Assembly: GCA_012295275.1 (NCBI GenBank)
Contig: CM022672.1
Coordinates: forward strand, 248,001-312,000
DNA: 64,000 nucleotides
Direction of reading: 5' to 3'
From: Chrysomallon squamiferum
Taxonomy: Eukaryota; Animalia; Mollusca
Position 1 is the stretch's first letter. Each line of letters starts with the position of its first letter. The notes below the pieces were generated by a model, which saw only the letters and a program-made list of their open reading frames with translations, was not told the origin of the DNA and did not search any database. A program made the position numbers and the translations under genes. Shown piece after piece: positions 12,726 to 24,700 of this stretch.

Positions 12726-15700
12726 ATATATACACATATATATATATATATATATACTCTCCTAAAAAAGAAATGCAAAATGGTTGATTTCTTAGATAAC
12801 TATTGTAAAGTGACACATATTGATGTACAAACTATAAATATGATGACATTTGATGATTCAAATGTATAGCTTTTGTTACAGTCGCCAAAAAGCAGGTAAC
12901 ACAAAATAAAGGCTATGATCATGTTTAATAGCCAAAACGTCCCCGCATGCAAACCATGTTACCAGCGCATGTTCACCTGCAGCACATGAAACTTGAATAC
13001 GAGGGTTATAAAAATGCAAGGTTTTCAAATACTTCTGTTCATTATTTTTATTCTGACCCATCATGCAACGAAACAACACCATCGGCCGTTTACAAGCTGG
13101 CGAATCCTTCTCGGACATAGCACTGGTGTTCCATGTATCCCCAAGCACCATCTTGAGATTGTGGTATTGGTTCCAGCAACACCAAACAACACATGACCGT
13201 CCCAGATCAGGTAGACCACGTGTAACCACCAGGGGCCCAGCAACCTCATCATTTCAGCAACATCATTTCAGACAGTCAATCGCAGATGAGGCAGGTATTT
13301 GAGCCAGACGGCCTGTAAGAAGAGTGGTTTTGACTCAACAACATCATTGACTAAAATGTCAGTGGTCTCAAGTGCACAGAGTCTGGCCTCAGTTACGATG
13401 GAGAACTGTCTGATTAAGTGACGAGGCTCGATTTCTGCTTCGTTGAGCTGATGGAAGATGTTGAGTTTACAGATGTTGTGATAAATATTTTGCTGCAAAC
13501 TGCATACAGGAAGCAGACAGATTTGGCGGTGGTAGTGTGATGGTGTGGGCAGCAATCTCATACACTGGCAGGACCAACCTGGTTCACATCCAAGGCAACT
13601 TAACGGCACAGAGATACCGAGATGAAATTTTGCATCCACATGTCACTCCAATTATGAATAATGGTAACGCTGTATTCCAGCACGACAGTGCAAGACCACA
13701 TACACCCAGACTCGCAACAGCGTACCTACACAACAATAACATTCAGGTCCTGCCCTGGCCCTCTAAATCTCCAGATTTGAACCCTGCAGAGCATTTACGG
13801 GACGAGTTAGATAGACGACTGAGGCAGCATCAACCACAGCCATAGAATCATGCTCAGTTGGCATTATTACTACAGACAGAGTGGGCCACCATTCCACAAG
13901 GTGTAATTCGTAATGTCATTACTGCCATGGGAAGGAGATCTCAGGCAGTTCTGGACTCTCATGGTGGGCACACTACGTATTGATATTATACTGTTATATC
14001 CTTGAACTTTAACCTTTTCAGTGTCATACCATCAATATTAATGAATTGTGAAAGTGTGTGTAAAATGTGAACATTCTGCTGCTTTCTGTTGATCCATTAG
14101 ATAGATGTTCCCAATGTCAATAAAATCTACTTTTGCATTTTTTTTTTGTTAGAGTATATATGTATATTCACATACACAATATAATACCGTCTCTACACAC
14201 ATTGTAGACAGAAGTCATATACACTCAAAACTGTCTATAACACCCATCCATGGGATTTCACAAAAGTGGCCGTCTTATTTAGCCTATATTAACATTGTCA
14301 TTGAGAATTACACATACTTTTGTGAGAAATAACACATTGGTAAATAATAACAATACAGAAAAGGCTTTGGTTCAGTTTTTTTAAATTGTTATTCAGATTG
14401 TTTTCCATATCATTCCCCATGCAACAAAAATACAGGTTAGATTTTGCACACTTAACTGCTTTGAGAGCAACAACTGAGACCCAGTGAAATTATGTCATCA
14501 ATATATTCAATATATTGTATTACAGAGAGGTTATTGAATGTATGTTTGTTTTTCAATTATGACTGGCAGAATTGAGTGGAATTTGCAAATTTTTAAATGC
14601 TGTGACTGTTATAGTTATTCAGTGGCCACTGGTTGTTATAGACAGGTGACAGTTCTGTAAAGGTCATTAAAATAAGGAAATGCTTTGGGGGTATTTGTGG
14701 TGACTGTTATAGCTGGGTGACTTTTAGACCAGTTTTGACTGTATTATGTTGTCAGTATACATATACACTCTAGTCATTACAACATACACTGTAATCAGTA
14801 CAAACATTGTAGCCAATATATGCATACATTTTAGTCAGTATATGCATGCATTTTAGTCAGTACATGATAACATTTTAGTCAGTATAGATATGCAATTCAG
14901 TAAGTAAGCACATATATTTTACTCAGTACATCCATACATTTTAGTCAGTACATGCATACATTTTAGTCAGTACATGCATACATTTTAGTCAGTATAAATA
15001 TATTTTAGTCATATATGTATTTTTGTAGTCTAACCATTTTACATGTAAGTTATAAATATTTTATCATTTACAGCAAGATATCTGTATGATTGATGGAAAG
15101 TGTTACGAAGATGGTTTCACAAATCCAGAGAATCAAACACAAACTTGTAACATCAATGAAAACAAGACTGCATGGTCCACCTTGACTGGTAGGTTTCTTC
15201 TCATTTCCATTGTGCTAGCATAGACAACACTTCACTGACTTACACTCCATACACTGATTAATTCATTCAAACTCACAGTGGTCTGTTTGATTATGTTTTG
15301 TGTTTAGTTTCAGATATCAGAGTTCAACGTATGACTTTCCTCAAAATATCAGAGAAGTGGCTCATCACATCACTGTTCAGGCTGACTGTATTTGGAAGCC
15401 CTCATCTTGTGCAAGGAGCTGCTGGTGGGTTAGCACTTTCACTCAATGGAGCTGACCAGTATGTGGAGTTAGAGAACAGAACAACAGAATGTCTGGGTAA
15501 CACAGAACTGTGTAAACATGGCCTCTCTATTTCATTTAAAATCAAGTTTTTGAAGCTGACTGAGGGAGCTGTTATATTCAGCAGTGGAGGTGAGGTGAGT
15601 GATGGTTATGGTTTGGCAATGTTCTACAGGGGAGGTAACCTCTACCTGAGAGTAACCATGAAGATGAAAGAGTGGACAGTGAGGACAACAAAGATAAAAA

Positions 15701-18700
15701 TTAACAAGTTTTTTGATGTCAAGTTCTCATGGAGTGTCCAGACCGGACTGCAGCTTCAACTGGATGGGAAGGTGGTTGCCAAGACAACCAAGTTTATAAT
15801 GAGAAAAACAATTGGTAAAAATCCAGGAAAGTTTTACATTGGTAAATCAGTTATAAAAGAGATGTTTGCTAACATTATAATGGAAGGCTGGACCATTGTT
15901 TATGGCACTGACAGCATGGTGAAAAATCTCAGCATCATCACTGGTGAGTTGGATGTAATTTTTAAACATTTCTTTTAATTTGTCAATTTTACATTCTAGG
16001 TAATATTTTAATACACTGACATAATAATCTACATAAACTCAGGTAATAATTTATCACATACAAAAACTAAGTAAACTGAGGTAATAAAGACTAAGTGAAA
16101 TACGCTCACTGACTAGAATAATGAAATAATTCAATGTCTGATCCAGTAACATATTACAAATCAAGCAAGTGCTCTAACCACTGAACTGCTTTGGTGTAAT
16201 GTTTGCTGTATATTTTCCTCACAGAATCTCCCACTCTGAAAACAAAGCCAGAGTTAGAAATAGTAGTGAATAAAACAACAGTCAACATGAAATGTGTGTT
16301 TGAACCACTGTCACTGCCTGGAGTGGAATACCATGTCACCTGGTTTGTAAACTCCACACAGATACACCAGGAACAACTAGGAACCACAACTGCCAGTGTC
16401 CTTGATGAGAAAACACTAGGAGTTATGACCCTTGGCTCTTCAGTATGTATAAACATTGTTTACTTAGAAACTTTATGACAAAATTATTACGAGGTATTTT
16501 AAATAAAGAACTATTTCTGAATAACTGTTTTTATTAATTATGAATGTTAAATACTTGAGTTACTAACATAATTTGTCACTGTTGTTATTTTTCAGATATC
16601 TTGTTCAGTCTCTGCATGTTACAGCAGTCAGTGTAACAACACACGTGGTAGTGAAAGAAAAAGTGATTTCTTTGTGGCAACTCTGATGGTATAATAACAC
16701 TTTCTGCTTAATAAGATAGAAAGATAAATCTGTTAACACTTTTCATTTCAAAAAGATTTTGGTATCAATATATTTTATTAATAGTTAACCTTTCTTACAC
16801 ATTTCTTATTATGCAATGGTTATATTTAACAACTAAGACATTTTTATATTATTAATTGAACTGTGATTATATTACTAAAACATTTTAAAATTATTTCAGC
16901 TATATTTAATTACTCAGTTTTGATTTATCAAACAGCTAAGCAAGACAAAACTGACTGTAACAGAAGGTGACACATCTCAACTGATCACAGTGAAATCTTT
17001 ACTTCCTCCTCGACTCTTCTGTCCAAACTCAAACTGTTCTATCAAGATCAGAACATACTTACTGGAACAAAGTGAACCAGTTCACTGTGCAGATGGCCGC
17101 CAGTTTCCTCAAGTACTCATTGGCTGGCAGGGTGAGAGGACTGCAGCCTTCTGTGGCTCCATGGTTACCAATGACAACTGGGAAACAGGTGTTGTCATTT
17201 CTGTCATGGCAACCACTGATTCTCTGAAAGATGGAAATCAAGATGGCCGACTAGTTTTTGAAGCTGATTTGATTGTGTCAGGTGAAGTGCAGCAAACAGT
17301 TTCTCTAAAAACAGTTCAGGTAATTTTCAACTTTATACTTTTGAATGTAACATTCTTTGTTTACATATCACAGATAAATTCAAATCTTTGCCATTTGTAT
17401 TGATAAACCTCACTGACATGATGATAAAAAATCAGTATCACGGTGCGCTGTGTTGATACAAATAGTTGATACATTGATGGTTTTTTTCAGTTACTAATAA
17501 AATATTAGGATCACATTGCTGTGTGTTGATACAAATAGTTGATGCATTGATGTGTTTTCAGTTACTAATAAAAGATCAGGATCACAGTGCTCTGTGTTCA
17601 TCAGTTGGAGATCCTCATTTCACTACGTTTGATGGTCGCAAGTTCAACGTGTTCATAGAGGGCGAGTTTGTCATGTACAAACACAAACAACTTCCATATG
17701 AGGTGAATCTCAAACAATTATCAGAAAACATTATCATTTCAGTTACTGGCTGCTAGTTAAATTAGGATTATGAAGACTGTATATGACATAAAATAATTTC
17801 TAAATGAATATCAGATACAGACAAATTGTAACAAATGTTTTGAGAAAGTTAACATCGTTATTTTAAAAACTGCACATTTCTTGTTACTGATTGGATTACA
17901 CAGATGATTTGGAAAACAATATGGATTAATAGAAAATAAATGTGTCTGAACAAAAATGTTAGCTTAGAACAAAAACAAATCTTTTTAATAATCTAGTCTT
18001 TATGTTAAATTCATTATATCTACAAATATAAATTTAATTAATGAAAAGCATACTGTATTTTCAATGAAAATTTCACCTTTGAAAACTGCTAATGCTATTG
18101 ATAAAAAGAAAAGTAATTCAATGAAAAGTAAATATTTACTTTTGTTTAAATACTTAAAACTTCAGGTACGGGCACTGTACAGAAGATGTAACAACCGAGC
18201 TGCCTGTAACTGTGGAATCATTGTCAAATCAGGAGATGATGTCATTGTTATTGACAAGTGTGGACCAAAGCAAGGCAAGATGTTGAGGAAACGAGCCATT
18301 ACAGTGAACTTGTTTGTGAACAACGAATTAACACCAGGCACAAGAATTATCAGATTTAACAACGGAAAGAAATACAGAGTAAATATCAGCTGTAATTTTA
18401 TAAGTATTTCACAAGTAAATGTTACAGATAACTCTGCCTACTGGTTACTTTATGTTGTATAAATATTTAACTTATAAATGCTACAGATAACTCTGCCTAC
18501 TGGTTACTTTATGTTGTATAAATATTTAACTTATAAATGCTACTGCCTATTGGTTACTTTATGTTGTATAAATATTTGACTTATAAATTTTACAGATAAC
18601 CCTGCCTACTGGTTACTTTATGTTGTATAAATATTTGACATATAAATGTTACAGATAACTCTGCCTACTGGTGGCTATTTGACAGTGAGAACAAGCAGGT

Positions 18701-21700
18701 TTAAGCGAGGTTCGTACCTTGATGTCTGGTTCCGTGCAGCACCCGCTGACTTCAAGCAGACCGAGGGTCTGTGTGGATTTTTTGATGCTGACAAAACTAA
18801 CGACCTGATGATGTCAACAAACAAACTCTATCACGGTCGTGAAAAGAGACCAGTGGAATTTTCCAAGAGTTGGAGGTATACAAACACACTCATGCACTCG
18901 CATATACACACATACTTGGGAGTATAAACAGATATGTACACATTTCTTAACATAAATTTGTTGTTAAATAAATATTATAAGTAATTAATGAGTGAATTGA
19001 ATTTTACTTCAGAGTGGAAAACAGTCTGTATTCAGGCACTTGTCCAGATGAGGCCACTAAATCTGTTTCTGACTCAGACGTGTTCTGCAGCTGTCAGGAA
19101 AACCAGACACAATGTGATTCAGACGTTGTCCACACTTCATGTGCCCAACCCAGCTCTAAGAAAACCAGGAAAGGTAATTGTTAACAAACACCATCAATCT
19201 GACATCCAGCTTGCTGAAAATTACACTTAATAGATCACTTATTATGTCTTTGTTTTGATTATTAATACAGTAAAATACATCATTAGCATAAACAGACAGC
19301 AGAGCTAAATATAAAAATTTGTTAAGATGTTATAAGTAATTGATCTACATTTTATTTGTAGTTAATTTTTAAAATGTTTACTTATAACTAATGTAACTAC
19401 ACATAGTATGAAAGAGTTGTGCTGTTTCCAGGAAATGACATCACAGATGAACTGCTGTCATCTGCAAACACTGAGAAGCCACCAAAGAAATGTTTGACTA
19501 AACAGAACCTGACAAAGTTTGAATTTGACATCAACTATGTATCCCCAGTTAGTACAGACTTTCATAATACTATTACAACAAATACATTTCTGTAACCTAG
19601 TTTATTATTACAATCATTTAATATTAAATATATATCCACAGCAGGTAAAATCTGTTACATTATTGTCATCTTTTTTTAGCATTTTGAACATCAAACACAT
19701 GGTATTAATAACAGTTCTGTCTTAAAATAATTTTAGTAATTTGATGTAACTAAATATCTTGTTATAAATATTTCTGTTAAAAAATTAAATAATTTATGTT
19801 ACTTTTTTCATCACTTTATATTTGTGTTACTACAAAATAACAAAATATTTTGCAGAAGATTGACTATAACATCACATACAGTGAGGCGGTGAAGCAGTGC
19901 AAACTTAAAATTAAGGCATCTGCCTCAGGTAAAATATGCCAGGAAGTAATCAGTGCCAGTTTTTCTGCCAGTCTTGACATCTGTGTGGAAGATGTTCAGG
20001 TAATTTTATCAGTGCAGTTGTTTAGTAAAACATAGCAATAACACATGTTAGTAATGGATGGCATCTTTGTACCAGCCAGTGTTACAGTTAGTAATGTATG
20101 GCATCTTTGTACCAGCCAGTGTTACAGTTAGTAATGGATGGCATCTTTGTACCAGTCAGTGGTACAGTTAGTTATAGATGGAGTCTTTGTACCAGCCAAT
20201 GTTACAGTTAGTTATAGATGAAGTCTTTGTACCAGCCAGTGTTACAGTTAGTAATGGATGGCATCTTTGTACCAGTCAGTGGTACAGATAGTAATGGATG
20301 GCATCTTTGTACCAGCCAATGTTACAGTTAGTAATGGATGGCATCTTTGTACCAGCCAGTGTTACAGTTAGTAATGGATGGCATATTTGTACCAGCCAGT
20401 GTTACAGTTAGTTATAGATGGAGTCTTTGTACCAGCCAGTGTTATATTTAGTAATGGTTGGCATATTTGTACCAGCCAGTGTTACAGTTAGTAATGGATG
20501 GAGTATTTGTACCAGCCAATGTTAGAGTCAGTTATGGATGGAGTCTTTGTACTAGAGTTAGAGTCATAGCAGACAGTATTTCACTTCTAAGGGTTCTTTC
20601 TTTTTTGGTATTGTGATTATCAAGCAATTTCATACATATATTTTCTAATATAACACAGCTTACTAATTAGTGACATGCATTAATAGTTTACTATTAGTGA
20701 CATGTATTAACAATCACTGTTTACTATTAGTGACATGTATTAATAGTTTACTGTTAGTGACATATTAACAGTCACAATTAACTATTAGTGACATGTATCA
20801 GTAGTCACAGTTTAGTATTAGTGACATGTATTATTAATCAGTTTACTATTAGTGACATGTATTATTAGTCACAGTTTATTAATAGTGACTTGTATTAATA
20901 GTCACAGTTTAGTATTAGTGACATGTATTATTAATCAGTTTACTATTAGTGACATGTATTATTAGTCACAGTTTATTAATAGTGACTTGTATTAATAATC
21001 ACAGTTTATATTAGTGACATGTATTATTAGTCACAGTTTATTGTCAGTGACATGTATTAATATGACAGTTTGCTAATAGTGACATACTGTTTCACAGATT
21101 ATGGGCTCATTTGATTGGTCTGCCTCAGCACTGGCTGATGTAGTTGAACGGTGTCTCACTGCTCTTGAGTTCAACATGGAACTATGGAAAAAGGTCGATG
21201 GTGTTCTGAAACCTCCCGCAGACATCATCAACACCATCTGCCCTGCAGACTGCAGCAGTCATGGCAGCTGTAAACAAGGTATTTAAACGTTTTTAGTTCA
21301 GCATGTGATTTATATGTTAATAGTTATAAATGTTACATCTGTAATACAATGCTATACTGAATATTTCAGACACATTAATTGTAGATGAATGTAAATTCAG
21401 ATTATGTTACAGGGGAGTGTATGTTGTGATTATGTTAAAGGTCAGTGTAAGTTGTGATTATGTTATAGGTCAGTGTAAGTTGTGATTATGTTATATGTCA
21501 GTGTAAGTTGTGATTATGTTGTAGATGAGTGTATGTTGTGATTATGTTATAGGTCAGTGTAAGTTGTGATTATGTTATAGGTCAGTGTAAGTTGTGATTA
21601 TGTTATAGGTCAGTGTAAGTTGTGATTATGTTACAGGTCAGTGTAAGTTGTGATTATGTTGTAGGTCAGTGTAAGTTGTGATTATGTTATAGGTCAGTGT

Positions 21701-24700
21701 AAGTGTGCTGAAAACTACACTGGTGATGACTGTTCTGTTGACCTGACAAAGAAACCAGTCCTCTTTGACCTGATCTCTCCAGTGTGTGATGTCCAGCAGT
21801 CCAAATGTCTTAAGCTGTCTGTGTATGGAGAAGGTTTTGCAGAAACAAGTCAACTTAAGTGCTTGGTGGAAAGTCTTGAGGTAAACACTATTCATATATT
21901 TGTTAATTTAGCTATACCCAAGTAATTTTATTTTATAAACTTACACATAAACTTTATTAATTAACACTATTTTCTGCATACACCTTTGAATGTTCTTTTT
22001 AAGCATAAATGGAAATATTTTTAATGTTAGGTTTAGGTAAATCAAAATGTGTTAAATAAGTTGAAATATTTCAATGCTGTATTTAAAGAAATTAAAATGT
22101 TTTAATGTAATTAAACAAACTATAATGTTTGAAATATTCAGATCTCCCAAACTGAGTTCAAGTCAACTAACAATATTACCGTGGTAACTGCAACATATGT
22201 CAGTGAGGAGCAGGTTATATGTACTCTTCCAGGAGAAGGAGCATTCCATGTCTCTGTACAAAACAAGCAGTCTTTACAGAGTGAGTCTCTGTTGTTTGTT
22301 GTCTTTGACTCTACATGTCAGACTTGTAACACCACTGGATGTCACACACAGGTTTGTTCAATTCACTTCCTAATATTATTTTGTAATTTTCACAGACTGG
22401 CATGTGTTCTGTTAGAAACCAGTGTTTTATTTATTATTATTTTGTAATTTTCACAGGTTGGTGTGTGTTCTATTGGAGACAAGTGTTATGGTGATGGGTT
22501 TGTGAATCCTCTCAACTTCATTGAGCGCTGTAGCAAAGGACAGACATCCTGGCTCTCAGTCACATGTAATTATACATTTATGTTCTGAAGTAAAGTCAGT
22601 AATATTAATAATTATCATTATTATTGTTATTGACTTTATTATTATTATTATTATTATAATTATTATTATTATCATTATTGTTATTATTATTATCATTATA
22701 TTATTATTATTATTATTGTTATTATTATCATTATTGTTATTATTATTACTGATTGACTGATTGATTGATTGACTGTTAAATGAGCAGTTTAGCAACACAT
22801 ATTCAAATTCACTTTATTTCAGTAATATATTTGAAACCTTGATGAAAGAATTAAACCTCTTTTTCTGTGTAATTTCAGACGCAGACATTGTGGTGAAGGA
22901 ATACACTTTTATTGAGATAGTGGACACAACTCTGGTGACAGCTAGTTTCAACATGTCACTAATTGGGTCAGTGAAACAGTTGGAACCAGGTAAAGCAGGA
23001 GACAAAACAGCTGTAAAACTGGATGGAAAAACTCAGTACATTGATGTATCATCTCTCTCAAATGGCTGTTTGTGGAACCCTGCCCACTGTAAACTTGGTT
23101 TGACTGTTTCTTTTAATCTGAACATCATCAGTGTGCAAGACATCATGTACATTTTCACTAATGGTGCTGATGAGGTGGACGGTTATGGTGTGTCCATGTA
23201 CATTCGCAACCACCACTTGTACAGCACTGTGAGTACACCAACACAGGAGTGGACAGTGTTCACATCCAAATTCAGCAGCAAAGTCTTCATCAGTGTTGAG
23301 TTCTCATGGAGTGTACAGTTTGGACTGAAACTGTACATTGATGGTGTTTCTGTGGCCAACACCAAAACTTTCATTTCACGCTCAGTTTCAGTGTCTGTAT
23401 ACAACCAGTTTTACATTGGCAAGTCAATCAAGAGAGATATCTATGCCAACATCATCATTGAAGGGTGGACTGTGAAAGAGGCAATCAAAGAAACTGCAGA
23501 TGCTATTCTGACAGCTATAACATCATCATCTACCACACAGAGTACAACAGGTAAGTGTTTTATAAATGACAGACATAGTTACACATGTTAATACACAAGA
23601 ACATATACATAACACAGAAATATGTTAGCACAAATACATAAATAGGCACATACATAAACACTCCTTCATATACATACTCACATGTACATACACATATATT
23701 CATTAGATGACAAACACACAAATACAAACATATACCCACAAACCTACACACATATCCAGATAATCCCATATATACAAACATAGACACAAAACAATTTGTG
23801 ACAATATATTTTTGTGAAAGTTTTGTATTTCAGTTTTTGCTTTACTCTTTCTTTTCTTTTATATTTTTGTTTTGTTTTATTATTATGTTCATTGTTTTGT
23901 TCTCTTTTGTTCTGTTATGTTGTGTTTTGTTCTGTTTTCTTTGTTGCCTGTAACATTTTCTGTGTTTACTCATGTTTGAGATAACGTTTGAACTAAACTA
24001 GTCAGCCTACTCCACTAACAGTTTTAACCCACAGCTTACAAAGTAAGTTTAGTTTCTGCCAAACTAACACACACATAGTTCTGATTTATAGTTACTTAGT
24101 GAGAAAAGAAATACAGCTAACAAGGTACTTGGATACAAGTGCCACAATTGTTAAAAGGCCTAACAACTAGTAAGAAAATTGATACATTTACTTAGAGAAC
24201 TATACAACCTATAAGAGAAGTGATACAATTATGGTTAGCTAGAGAAAGAGGTGAAACAATAATTGGAGATGAGAAAATGAAACAAATGTGACAAAAGTTG
24301 TACAACAAATGAGATTATACAACAGAGACAAGAGAGATAATAATACTACTGTGATAGTGATATATGATACAACTAGTGAGATATATGATACTACTATGAC
24401 GAGTGATATATATAACTAGTGAGATATATTATACTACTATGATAGAGATATATATGATACAACTAGTGATATACATGATACTACTATGATACCAATATAT
24501 ATGATACAACTACAGTGGTACCTCAACTTATTAGTGCCCCAACTTACGATTTTTTGTGTTACAAGCAGTTGCCTGATAGATGTTTTGCTTTCTGTTTGAG
24601 CCAAAATCCGAGCTACAAGCAAACTTCAGATATGCTGCCACTAGTTGGCGCAACAAACAACATAACATCCGGCCAGCATCCTGGGTCTCACTTGTTTACT

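Larger units (their letters stand above)
3732..15188 (+). other. Module B (~1,000 aa): LamG-like, Ig-like, Cys domain, VWD (NDPH), Cys-rich, EGF, Ig-like
   Basis: 16 exons, ~3,026 coding nt; FNGRDQYID..CLMDPGQCQFGFTVTF..WSVQTGL; NDPHITTFDGR; GLCGTFNGN; CPNDCSGHGKCEKGSCEC. Confidence 0.82.
15314..22565 (+). other. Module C (~1,000 aa): LamG-like, Ig-like, Cys domain, VWD (GDPH), Cys-rich, EGF, Ig-like
   Basis: 14 exons, ~3,009 coding nt; LNGADQYVE..CLGNTELCKHGLSISF..WSVQTGL; GDPHFTTFDGR; GLCGFFD; CPADCSSHGSCKQGQCKC. Confidence 0.82.

Noticed and set aside
20046-20560. 40-bp array as CRISPR-like or junction-derived
   Set aside because: No spacers, and the unit does not contain the neighbouring splice site; it is an ordinary minisatellite.
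22521-22798. Poly-Ile/Leu/Asn ORFs
   Set aside because: Translation of the (ATT)n microsatellite.
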